From Candidatus Bathyarchaeota archaeon (GTDB taxonomy: Archaea > Thermoproteota > Bathyarchaeia > Bathyarchaeales > Bathycorpusculaceae): DNA of 64,000 nt. How positions within the stretch are numbered: position 1 is the stretch's first letter; every line of letters starts with the position of its first letter. A program made the position numbers and the translations under genes. A model generated the notes under the pieces. That model was not told where the DNA came from. It searched no databases and saw only the letters and a list, made by a program, of their open reading frames with translations. The stretch lies in the NCBI GenBank assembly GCA_963775685.1, contig CAVZJV010000014.1, positions 576,001-640,000 of the forward strand. Reading direction: 5' to 3'. Shown one piece after another: positions 1-8,980 of this stretch.

Positions 1-395
1 TAAAAGGCACCGCTCTTGATATTTATCGCCTAATGTTAAAAACCAGTAAACCCCTTGGCATAAGAGAATTACAGCGAGCACTAAGTCTTAGTAGTCCCTC
101 GGTGGCTCAGCATCATCTTTCTAGACTGGAAAGGGTAGGGCTTGTAAAACATGAAATGGGTGGTTATGTAATCAATAAAGTAATGTTGCAAAATTGCATA
201 AAAATTAGTCGCTTCATAATTCCCCGATACTTCTTTTACTGTTTATTGTCTGTTTTTGCTCTCGTATTTGAGCTTACTTTTCTTCAGCCCAACGTTCTTT
301 ATCAAGAATATTTCTTTTCAGTAATTCTAACTGCTGTTTTTCTTTTAATCTTTTGTTATGAGACCATTAAAATATGGGTCAAGGGTGGCCTATAA
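1..395 (+). CDS. Membrane-tethered winged-helix transcription regulator (5' truncated by window edge)
   Basis: Frame is open from position 3 (KGTALDIYRLMLKTSKPLGIRELQRALSLSSPSVAQHHLSRLE, wHTH), followed by two hydrophobic C-terminal helices. Confidence 0.75.
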   Translation, partial: KGTALDIYRLMLKTSKPLGIRELQRALSLSSPSVAQHHLSRLERVGLVKHEMGGYVINKVMLQNCIKISRFIIPRYFFYCLLSVFALVFELTFLQPNVLYQEYFFSVILTAVFLLIFCYETIKIWVKGGL

Positions 396-447
396 AAACA
401 AACCAATCACATCTGATCTTTTTTCCTTATCTAACTTGTAAGCAATC

Positions 448-495
448 TGTCCTATGTTATGGTACACGTTGTCCTAGAACGTAGAAATAATTACT
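448..495 (+). promoter_or_regulatory. Phased upstream motif, copy 1 (TGTCCTA-N15-TGTCCTA plus AT-rich TATA-like box)
   Basis: TGTCCTA at 448 and 470, GTACA at 462, GTAG at 481; the same offsets recur at 1786-1822. Confidence 0.65.
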
Positions 496-547
496 CTTGT
501 ATTGTAAGAAGTTACTTGCAAGGATTTAACTTGCAAGAGGTGAAAAA

Positions 548-1372
548 ATGAAAAAAGTGATGTTGATTGCGGTGGTACTTCTTGTGGCTACATTTATCCT
601 TCCGTCACTCGCTTCTGCAACAATGGCAAGTCCCTCTCCAAGCATAACTGTAAGTCACAGACCTCCTCCGGGCCATGTCTTAAGTCCAGACTTAGTTGAT
701 CCAAATGCCACTCAAAGCCCGCAACCTGATTTAGGACAACCCAATTATAACGATTGGGCATTCTATGGGTTGACTCCTGGATTAGGGGGTTACAATGGCG
801 TTTACACACATTTATACCCTCAAGCTGTGCATTTTGACCACGATTGGTGGACTGACACTCAAGAGTATTGGGCAGATGTCGTTGTTTCATGGGAAGGCCA
901 TAAATACGCAGAGATCGGTCTTGATATCACATATGGATATGTATGGGAGATCCAGATGTGGCATACTCAAGTGTATGCTGGTTACTCTGAAGACCCCAAT
1001 GGATACGGTACAGTGTTTGCCTATTACGACCTTGGCTATAGTCTAACTGGGCCTTCAGATGCTACATTAGCGACATACCAGACAAGCGGTTCAACATGGA
1101 CATGGTATGCTAACGGTGTTCAGTTTGCGACACATCAATATTCTCAATCCTGGCAGGGCTATTCTATTCACTCTAATACAGAAGCATACAACCAACCAGT
1201 CGCAGGAACTAGTGGTCAATATATCACGTTAGCGGATACCATAAATATAAAACTCGCCAGCAATGGACAGTGGAATACTGGTCTCTATCAATCAGGAGGC
1301 GTTTCTTCAGGTTGGATGGTGAATACATATGCAACCAATGGATATCATTACGACTGGTCAACAAGATCATAG
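548..1372 (+). CDS. Secreted protein, possible neprosin-like glutamic peptidase fold
   Basis: Signal peptide, Pro-rich pro-segment, Trp/Tyr/Gly-rich beta domain with AEIG and NTEA Glu motifs; GGTGA RBS. Confidence 0.6.
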   Translation: MKKVMLIAVVLLVATFILPSLASATMASPSPSITVSHRPPPGHVLSPDLVDPNATQSPQPDLGQPNYNDWAFYGLTPGLGGYNGVYTHLYPQAVHFDHDWWTDTQEYWADVVVSWEGHKYAEIGLDITYGYVWEIQMWHTQVYAGYSEDPNGYGTVFAYYDLGYSLTGPSDATLATYQTSGSTWTWYANGVQFATHQYSQSWQGYSIHSNTEAYNQPVAGTSGQYITLADTINIKLASNGQWNTGLYQSGGVSSGWMVNTYATNGYHYDWSTRS

Positions 1373-1417
1373 GAGTCTCTCTAATTTTATTTTTTCTTTT
1401 TTTGTCCCCGTGAGAAA

Positions 1418-1720
1418 TCAGTTTTCGCCGCTATTTTTGAGCGCTAAAACCATAAAAACGAAGTTAACTGCTAGAGCAACCCAAAATAGGATAAAGGGAT
1501 AATTTGGTATCGGCGTATAAGTTCCGATTGTAACTACTTCACCTTCTACGATGGTTTTTGGAACAATGGCTATTTGAAAAGGTCCCCAACTATTGGCGGT
1601 AATTTTACCGTCGAGATAATTCCAAATCCACCAGTTTGAAGCAACAAAAAGAATACCGACGATGGTATCAAAAATGCCCAATAAAGCTATCTTGTTAAAT
1701 ATGCGCATTTTTTCAGTCAC
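1418..1720 (-). CDS. Small two-TM membrane protein, paralog of 2834..3154
   Basis: Two hydrophobic helices; IWN, WGPF and NYPFILFWVALAVN motifs shared with 2834..3154. Confidence 0.7.
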   Translation of the reverse strand: MTEKMRIFNKIALLGIFDTIVGILFVASNWWIWNYLDGKITANSWGPFQIAIVPKTIVEGEVVTIGTYTPIPNYPFILFWVALAVNFVFMVLALKNSGEN

Positions 1721-1785
1721 TCAATTTTCTGGATAGCATGATTTTTCGTTGTTTATAACACGAAGCGGTTATTTGACTCTTGTCA

Positions 1786-1833
1786 TGTCCTATAGTGTAG
1801 TACAGGCTGTCCTAGTGTGTAGTAATTAATAGT
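1786..1833 (+). promoter_or_regulatory. Phased upstream motif, copy 2
   Basis: TGTCCTA at 1786 and 1808, GTACA at 1800, GTAG at 1819, then TAATTAATA. Confidence 0.65.
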
Positions 1834-1869
1834 TTATCTTTGCATCTTTAGCGTTGGAGAGATGATGAA

Positions 1870-2589
1870 ATGATTAAGAATAAAAGAGCTTTTTGTTTAA
1901 CCGCTATTTTTTTTGTTATTTCTATGCTTTCTTCAATGGTTCTTACAGTGGCAGCGCAGATAGATGATCAGACTTCTGGCATTGGTTCTTGGCAGCCTTC
2001 GAAAAACTTTGTTGACCCTGTAACTTTGAAGATTCAAGAATTTAGGGAACAAGGACTAAGCGATGACCAAATAACTGTTGAGCTTGAAAAGCTGGACATG
2101 GGTTGGTATCCAAAGACGGGTGCCACCTGGATTGGAAAAGCATTAACTTCTGAAGAACAAGCTAAAATGCCAATCAGTATACCGGCACCTTCGAATGAAA
2201 ATGAAGTTATCAACCGAGGGAACGCTTGGGATGTATCTAACTTGGTTGGGAAAAACAATGATGACTATGCGCACATTTATGGCGGTAATTATGGCGATGC
2301 TGGCTATATCATGGCAAACATGAATCACATATCAACAGGCGAAGTAGTTGCGTATGGCTATGGCAACTCTGGCTATTACTACAGCGACCTATATTGCTAT
2401 GTAAATTACGGCGGTGGCACATGGTATGCACTTCCGAATAATCCGGTGCAAGTCAACTACTGGGATGGGATACATTATATCGACTTTGGAAATGCACCAA
2501 TAGCCTTCGATCACATTGCGATTGTAGGATACAATGATAATGGCTACAGTGTAAGCCTAAACTTAGATGCAGTTCACGCGGTCTATTAA
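1870..2589 (+). CDS. Secreted protein with helical N-terminal pro-like domain and Tyr/Gly/Asn-rich beta-sandwich C-terminus
   Basis: Signal peptide; DPVTLKIQEFREQGLSDDQI segment; aromatic-rich C-terminal domain. Confidence 0.7.
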   Translation: MIKNKRAFCLTAIFFVISMLSSMVLTVAAQIDDQTSGIGSWQPSKNFVDPVTLKIQEFREQGLSDDQITVELEKLDMGWYPKTGATWIGKALTSEEQAKMPISIPAPSNENEVINRGNAWDVSNLVGKNNDDYAHIYGGNYGDAGYIMANMNHISTGEVVAYGYGNSGYYYSDLYCYVNYGGGTWYALPNNPVQVNYWDGIHYIDFGNAPIAFDHIAIVGYNDNGYSVSLNLDAVHAVY

Positions 2590-2833
2590 TCACTATAACA
2601 AACAAATTTCCATTTTTTTGAAAGTAAAGTCATTTATCAATACTAAGCTATCAAAGAATAGTAATTAAGTAAATATCAAACGTTCATGAATTTTTATCGT
2701 GCAAAATTTTCAATATACTTAAATTCGTTCTAAAAATTATACAGAAAAACACTGAGTGTACCAAAGAATAGTATTATTAAGACAAAAAAAGTAACTACTT
2801 AGTATTGCTTAAGTTCTGGAGAAAAATAATAAT

Positions 2834-3154
2834 ATGCAAAAAATTGTTAAGTATACGATTATTATAAATATCGCTTTAAGTTTACTATTTGCATACTTTA
2901 ATTATGTAATCTGGAACTTATTTAATGGAAACAACATTGCGCATTCCAGCATAATTACGAGCGGTTGGAATCCATTTTTCATCAGCGTTATGTTTCATAG
3001 TTATTCTAACGGTAACTTTGATACCATGCAGACTGTCTTCTCTTACATTAATACGCCCTTTCTGCTATTTTGGATTTTAATGGCTGTAAACATGGCGGTC
3101 ATTCTAAAGCTTCAAAGTGTAAATAAAACTGAAAAGACGGGTAAGGCAATTTAA
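2834..3154 (+). CDS. Small two-TM membrane protein, paralog of 1418..1720
   Basis: IWN, WNPF and NTPFLLFWILMAVN motifs. Confidence 0.7.
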   Translation: MQKIVKYTIIINIALSLLFAYFNYVIWNLFNGNNIAHSSIITSGWNPFFISVMFHSYSNGNFDTMQTVFSYINTPFLLFWILMAVNMAVILKLQSVNKTEKTGKAI

Positions 3155-3503
3155 TCCAATCATTTAACAGCCCAAGTTTTAGGTGTAAAAATTATAGAAA
3201 AAGCAGCAGCAAAACAGAATAAAAATGTGGATGCAAACACCAAGAAAGAAGCGATCGCAATAGGCTAAACAGCGCATCCAAGACAGAGAGGTTGAAGTTG
3301 ATGAGGAGAACACTTGCCAAGTTGAAGACAAAGACGGTGTTAAAAGAAATCGAAGAATATGAAAGAAAAATTGATGAAGAAGAGGCCAAAGCAGCCGCTA
3401 AGTCAAAAAAATAATTGGCTAAAAAAGGAAAAAAATTTGGCTTAGCGCAATTTTATTATAAAAAACAGCCCAAATTTCCCCAAAAAAGAAGAGAAATAAA
3501 TGC

Positions 3504-3698
3504 TTACTGTTTGTTGACTTTGTTTTTCCAGTAAAGCAGTATCGCGCCTGTCAAAGTCGTAGATAACGCAACAATCGGAGCCTTAATCTCCAGCGGAATC
3601 GGCAAAGAAGCAACAAACGTAGTCGCGGCGCCTGCAACTGTGCCAGCCAAAACGATCAGGGCTTCCTTATTCTCAGATACCTCTATCTCATCAACCAA
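3504..3698 (-). CDS. Small two-TM holin-like protein
   Basis: TTG start after GAGGTGAG RBS; two TM helices and a basic tail; lies distal to the tail genes. Confidence 0.5.
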   Translation of the reverse strand: MVDEIEVSENKEALIVLAGTVAGAATTFVASLPIPLEIKAPIVALSTTLTGAILLYWKNKVNKQ

Positions 3699-3859
3699 AC
3701 AACTCACCTCCAAGAAGCATAAACAGGAAAAAATCGTTCAAACAAAAATCAGTAATCAATGATGAAAAGAGCAGCAGCAAAGCTTGCCAATAAAAAAGAG
3801 TCTACCGATTAACAGCAGCTAAAAGAATAAAGTAGCTATTGTCAACTTGATGTAAGAAA

Positions 3860-5041
3860 TTAGGGTTTAATTTGCTTCAAGAAATCTCCAACTATACGGT
3901 CTAAGGTTTCTTTGGGTACTTCAAAGAATTGAAACATTATGAAAAGGGGTTTTGTAAGCTTATCAACAATATCAGTGATGTTTGTTTCCAATTCACGAAT
4001 TGTTGTAATGACAGAAATTTCAACTTCTGGTTCCTGGCACGCATTATTTTTGAAGGATGCCATCGCCGTTATAACCTCCCAATCTAAAGAATCTGATGGC
4101 GACTTAAGCAACTGGTAACCTTTTAACCCCCCGTATTTGGTGCTTACTGCAATCGGGTCGTCCTGTGATACACCTAGTCCTTTGTATAAGCGAGTGAAGT
4201 AGAGTAATAGCTCTGTCGTTTGCTTTATTCTCATATCATACATAACAACGGGCTTAGCAGTTTCATTTTCCCAAAGTTTCCTTAATAGATAAAAAGTCCC
4301 ATCTTTGTTAAGCGCCCAGAAGTCATAGTATTGTCTCCAAGCTATCTTTGACTTTATTCCTTCAGCGGTTGGTACAACAATATCTTGTTTCACAAACGCA
4401 ATTGGCCAACCTAAATGAGGTGATTGGATACTGTCGGCTAATGAAATCAAAGCTTTTTGGCTAACCATAGTCTTAGAATCAACTATGGCAGCCTTAACTT
4501 CCATGAAGGAAACCTGACCGTTTTCTTGAAACCCTGAAAACGCTTCATTTTTAATTTTGCCAATCCATTCTTCGTTAAATGCAGAAGCAGGCGTACTTTT
4601 TAGATCGGAGACTATTTTTAGCCGACGCCTTATTCTCTTTTCGAGCTCTGTCCGGAAATCATCGAGCTTGTCTGGTTGCCACCATAGAATGTCATATCCA
4701 GCAAGGTCAAAATGAACCTTAGGACCTCCGGTTTTATGATTAGGGCTATCAGGATTATGGTCCTCTCGAGCGGATAGTATTAGGTTCGAATACTTATCCT
4801 GTCCCATAGCATAACCCACTTCAAGATAGCAATTTGGTCGCTCGTTAGTGAGGTCAGCGATAATCAAATCTGAATCCCTGAGAAAAGAGATAATTTCACT
4901 TTTTAACAAGCCACCTTCATTATGTTTATCCACTCGCTTAGCTTCAAGATGATTAGCTGTGACAGCAGGAACGATTATGTCTTTGTAGACTGAATCTAAT
5001 TGGGGGTTTCCTATTTGCATAATTATGAAGGCTTGTCTCAT
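3860..5041 (-). CDS. Nucleoside 2-deoxyribosyltransferase/TIR-like domain fused to an alpha/beta C-terminal domain; candidate defence protein
   Basis: AFIIMQ...SDLIIADLTNERPNCYLEVGYA motif; AT-rich cargo; likely start MRQAF at 5041. Confidence 0.65.
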   Translation of the reverse strand: MRQAFIIMQIGNPQLDSVYKDIIVPAVTANHLEAKRVDKHNEGGLLKSEIISFLRDSDLIIADLTNERPNCYLEVGYAMGQDKYSNLILSAREDHNPDSPNHKTGGPKVHFDLAGYDILWWQPDKLDDFRTELEKRIRRRLKIVSDLKSTPASAFNEEWIGKIKNEAFSGFQENGQVSFMEVKAAIVDSKTMVSQKALISLADSIQSPHLGWPIAFVKQDIVVPTAEGIKSKIAWRQYYDFWALNKDGTFYLLRKLWENETAKPVVMYDMRIKQTTELLLYFTRLYKGLGVSQDDPIAVSTKYGGLKGYQLLKSPSDSLDWEVITAMASFKNNACQEPEVEISVITTIRELETNITDIVDKLTKPLFIMFQFFEVPKETLDRIVGDFLKQIKP

Positions 5042-5542
5042 TGAACCACAGAGATCTATTCTCCAAGATGCGCTAATAAAACTTAACAAACTAAATTGAG
5101 GAAATAAAAAGATTGGTGCTTCAGAATGCGAATATAATGTTTATGGCAAATGTTCCGACCAATGGGTTTCCTGCTATAAAGGCTCGCCTGAGCTGAGAAT
5201 CTCATGAGCAATTATCATAAGCACACGTGCGCAACTCTTTTTGTTCTTTAAGGAAAGAACCGAAAACAAGCATTCTCTATTGTGACAAAAATTAAATATT
5301 TGAGAATCAATCAAACAGAAGAATAAAGGAAGAATATGTTTGAAACCAATAAATTTGAATGACATCGAGAAGATCTCGCCTGAAAGGCGCCTTATCGCAA
5401 AGATTTCAAACGACATATCGAAAATGCGATAACAGAGATAGGGGCTAATTACGAAGTGACGCTTCAGGGAAGATTTGACAAGACTCCTATAGAGCTCGAA
5501 ATAAGAGTAACTGCTTCAAAGGGAGAAATACCTTAAGGCTGA

Positions 5543-7930
5543 CTATGTTTTAGAACTATTCAATTTCTCAAATTCTCTTTCCAAAGCCTCTACCTTTGCG
5601 TTTAACTGTTTAATCGCGCCAAGAGCTAACCCCATCAGATGACCCGCGTGCAGCATTCCCTCTTCTGAGCGGACCTCTTCAGGCAGAGAATTAACGTCAA
5701 TCAATGGTACACCATTTTTGTCGGTCTTTTCACTGCGTTTTATTTTCTTGATGGCAGCTAGGTCATCTATCATATCCATATGTCCCAGGGCATTGTACCA
5801 GACGCTATCGCCTGCAATGACATGCCAATAAGTCGATGTGTCCCCACATGACCCGGTATTGTTGCCTCCTGCAGGGTACATGTTGGCGTGATTGTGGGCG
5901 GCGGGTGCATATCTGCCGTTGGGGTCTACATACATAGGATAGTTGCCTGCTCCCTGAGCTTCGAGCACCAAACCAGAGGTATCTCGTGGCATCGACCACA
6001 TGTTAATTCTGCCCGTGTTGGCGATAACTTCCCAGCCGGCCACAAAGAGATTATTCTTCAAGTAAGCTGAGCCAAAGCGGAAGGTGCCATTGCCAAGGTC
6101 GTCGCTGCCGTCGCTGTTGGGGCGGATTAAGTGATTTATGGCTGATTCCAAAATAAGATCGCCTGCCATGGCTGCCAAAAAAGTGTTCGCTCCATCATGC
6201 CCAAACGCAGCCTTATGAACACTCGAAATAAACAAGTTAAAGGCTGGGGAGGTTTTATCGACTTCAACGTTTGTTGTAAACCGAGAGGCACCTAAAACAC
6301 TGCCGCCGGTTGCGATTGGAGCGCCTCTTTTGCCAAGCTTTGTTCTGCTGAGCTTCTCAACATTAGGCGTATGGGTACGCAGACCATAAAGGTAATCGGC
6401 TAGGTGCGGCGGTTCCTTGCCAAGCTCCAAAGTTATCTCCAGCTTTGTTGGGTCCTCTTTTGGCACCCGATACTCAACGCTTTCAGCTCTAAAATCACTG
6501 TTAACGCCCTCCGTTGGGAGCTCTGCGTGTACTTTATCGCCTGCCTTAATCGGCGACGCCCCATAATCTAAGACCGTGCTAACTATGTGCAAGTGTTCGG
6601 CTGGGTCTTTAAGATACGCCAAAAGCGCAGACGCCCGCCTGACACATTCGCTATCGCTCCAAAGCTCCTCATCAACCTCAACATATTCCCGCAAACCATA
6701 CGCAGTCTGGCTTGGTGTGCTTTCGACAACGCCAGAGTAACGGCGCCCCCCAGCATAGAGTGCATAAACCCAAAAGTTACCGCTACCAACACCTGAAAAG
6801 CCAAGTGAAACCCTAATTTTCTGGACGGCAACCCAATTAAAACCTAAGTCAACCCGCTCCCATTGATTAGCATAGGCTGACCCAGCGCCAGTTTCAAAAA
6901 CGTGGAAAGCTGCGTCCGGAGAAATAGAAATGGTTTTGGAGGCGAATTTGCCTGCAGTATCCATTAGCAGAATGAAGCCTGTTCCTGCAAAAGTGTCCTG
7001 AATTTTTAGCTGCAAATCCAAAACTGGATAGGCATCAAAGTTAACTTCATGACCTGCAGCGAGGTCAAAGTCAACCACACCTGCGTAGTTACTGGTAACA
7101 GAGAGTTTTATGCAGGACCCGCCAGTGGGATTCCCTGTTGCGTCAAGACTTACTGTGCCTATTGAGCCGCTCCAAGAGCCATCCGAAGGCGTTAGGCTAT
7201 TTGTCCAGTCAACTTTGTTTGAAGGATAGCTTTTGTCGGCTAAGCCGTAGACGACAACTTTGTTTCTTACGCGAGTGATGTCTTTTTCGTACTCTGCAGT
7301 AGTATCGATGTTTTCGGTGATTACGGTTGAGTTTGTTTTGGAGAGTTTGGGAAAGAACTCGAATTTGCCATCAGGCGCCACCCGAAAATCGTATCCTATT
7401 ACGCCTGCTTTGTCGGCTGATTCGGCAACGTACTTGAGGATGTCCCAGAGAGGTGAATCCTCGGGTTTGAGCTCTGTATAGGTCGTGTCTGTGTTTTCGA
7501 CGAGTTCAACGCCGCTTCTATTGTGGCTAAGACCCGCATAATAATCCATAAGGTCCTTAACAATTTCTTCGCCCTTCATGCCCGAATAGGTTGCCGTGAC
7601 AACTCGGCGGAACAGTCGCTCACCCCAGCAGCGCCCAGAAACAGTCAAGTAGCTTTCGATAGGCGAGCTTTGGTAGTGGACTTTTTCAACCCGCAACGTC
7701 ATAAGCAACGGACAGTTGGGCGTCCGCCCTAAGCTAATTGAGCCATCCATCCCCACGGTTATGGGGTAGGCGCCGTTTGGGCTGTACTTGCCATTATGAT
7801 TGTGCAATGTGATGTCGTAGCTGCTGACTTCTTTGCTACAGCCTAAATGCACCAGAAGCTCAACGATATCAGCTTGCGCAGGGGCTATGGCGCCAAAAAC
7901 TAAGGCGATACTTGGGGCAGCGGTGGACAT
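5543..7930 (-). CDS. Tail hub/baseplate protein with inserted carbohydrate-binding-like domain and C-terminal chaperone-like coiled coil
   Basis: Hub-like N-terminus (GYDFRVAPDGKFEFF, VRNKVVVYG), beta-sandwich insert, C-terminal DDLAAIKKI...LALGAIKQLNAKVEALE resembling S74 intramolecular chaperones. Confidence 0.7.
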   Translation of the reverse strand: MSTAAPSIALVFGAIAPAQADIVELLVHLGCSKEVSSYDITLHNHNGKYSPNGAYPITVGMDGSISLGRTPNCPLLMTLRVEKVHYQSSPIESYLTVSGRCWGERLFRRVVTATYSGMKGEEIVKDLMDYYAGLSHNRSGVELVENTDTTYTELKPEDSPLWDILKYVAESADKAGVIGYDFRVAPDGKFEFFPKLSKTNSTVITENIDTTAEYEKDITRVRNKVVVYGLADKSYPSNKVDWTNSLTPSDGSWSGSIGTVSLDATGNPTGGSCIKLSVTSNYAGVVDFDLAAGHEVNFDAYPVLDLQLKIQDTFAGTGFILLMDTAGKFASKTISISPDAAFHVFETGAGSAYANQWERVDLGFNWVAVQKIRVSLGFSGVGSGNFWVYALYAGGRRYSGVVESTPSQTAYGLREYVEVDEELWSDSECVRRASALLAYLKDPAEHLHIVSTVLDYGASPIKAGDKVHAELPTEGVNSDFRAESVEYRVPKEDPTKLEITLELGKEPPHLADYLYGLRTHTPNVEKLSRTKLGKRGAPIATGGSVLGASRFTTNVEVDKTSPAFNLFISSVHKAAFGHDGANTFLAAMAGDLILESAINHLIRPNSDGSDDLGNGTFRFGSAYLKNNLFVAGWEVIANTGRINMWSMPRDTSGLVLEAQGAGNYPMYVDPNGRYAPAAHNHANMYPAGGNNTGSCGDTSTYWHVIAGDSVWYNALGHMDMIDDLAAIKKIKRSEKTDKNGVPLIDVNSLPEEVRSEEGMLHAGHLMGLALGAIKQLNAKVEALEREFEKLNSSKT

Positions 7931-8474
7931 TTACTCAATCCCTCGCCTAGCAAGTTCTGCGTCTCCTGCACGAGTAATGCCCTTAACTCTGGTCGGCGTC
8001 TCGGCTGCCGATGCATTAAAGTTCTGCACGCTTGCCGTTGCCGTATTCATGCTGCTGGCGAAGGCATACATAGCTACTGCGGCAGCGGCAATCACAGCGA
8101 TACCCACACCAGTTAAGTGCCAAGAAGGTTGCGTAACTGATGTTTAGGGCGTTTTGAACTGCCGTTGCAAACGCGCATGCGGCGGCATAGACTTTTTGAG
8201 CTACAGCTAACCCAGTGCTTGTACGCAGAAACATGCCCATGACTGAGACAAGCATCATGGTGCCTGTGAAAACTTTGGTTTGCTCATCGTTTAAAATCCC
8301 AAATTGATTAGCCAGGTATCCGATGGCTGTGCCTGCGGCACCTATGCCCGCAAGAGCAGCTCCAAAACTCTTGATGCGTGCCGTCATAAGCTCGGCGTCT
8401 GTTTGAATACGATTAAACTCGCTGCTTGCTCGGTTGATTGCCCGAATAGACAGGGTTATTTCTCTAAAACTCAC
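7931..8474 (-). pseudogene. Short tape-measure-like protein, frameshifted near 8113
   Basis: Starts ITLSIRAINRAS (TMP-like) and is Ala-rich; removing one A gives ALTGVGIAVIAAAAVAM...RRGIE* (180 aa) ending at 7931, abutting the next ATG. Confidence 0.6.
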
Positions 8475-8839
8475 AATCCAGCCTCCGCTTTTGCCTGTTC
8501 AATTGCACCTACGATGTTAGTCTCTAACTCGGGAAGAAACGCCTGCACTGCAGGATACAGAAACGGATGAGCAGACATGTAACGGGTGCCGAACTCCACA
8601 AAGTAGCTATACGCTGCCGCTGCCCCAATTTCTACGACCCATTCATGTGCCATAGCGTAGATTTTGCTTTGAAGATAACCTGTGCGTACAGGAGCACTAC
8701 GTTTCGCCTCAGCAACTAATCGCTGCGCCCAATCGTAGAGCCAAGCGCGGACCTTCTCCTGCATAGCCTTATCTAGGCGCTGCATTGCCGCAACAAATTC
8801 GTCCACACCTTGAATGTCAAATGTTACTTCGACGGACAT
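8471..8839 (-). CDS. HK97 gp10-family tail completion protein
   Basis: APVRTGYLQSKI and YFVEFGTRYMSAHPFLYPA signature motifs. Confidence 0.88.
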   Translation of the reverse strand: MSVEVTFDIQGVDEFVAAMQRLDKAMQEKVRAWLYDWAQRLVAEAKRSAPVRTGYLQSKIYAMAHEWVVEIGAAAAYSYFVEFGTRYMSAHPFLYPAVQAFLPELETNIVGAIEQAKAEAGL

Positions 8840-8980
8840 TTTCTTTTTTCCTGTTCTGCTTTTTTTGCTTCGTCTTCTGCCATCTCATCTAAAGTGCGCA
8901 GGATTAGTGGAGAACTCTAGCGATGGTTTGTCTGCTTGTGGCATTGTATTCTTGCTCTGTCCAGCCGAATCGCTCACACA

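Noticed and set aside
514-541. ACTTGCAAG twice and a 12-bp match (CTTGCAAGAGGT) to 21449-21460
   Set aside because: Short, absent from the second module and compatible with chance.
3192-3414. ORF 3192..3389 and a Lys/Glu-rich opposite frame
   Set aside because: Low complexity with no convincing start or family motif.
5100-5540. Possible frameshifted small plus-strand gene (MKPINLNDIEK.../...YRKDFKRHIENAITEIG) and ORF 5174..5416
   Set aside because: No recognisable motif; too weak to call.
1-5543. Left att copy of the tRNA-Asn 3' end
   Set aside because: No match to TGGCGCCGCCG or its flanks was found, so the left boundary cannot be fixed.
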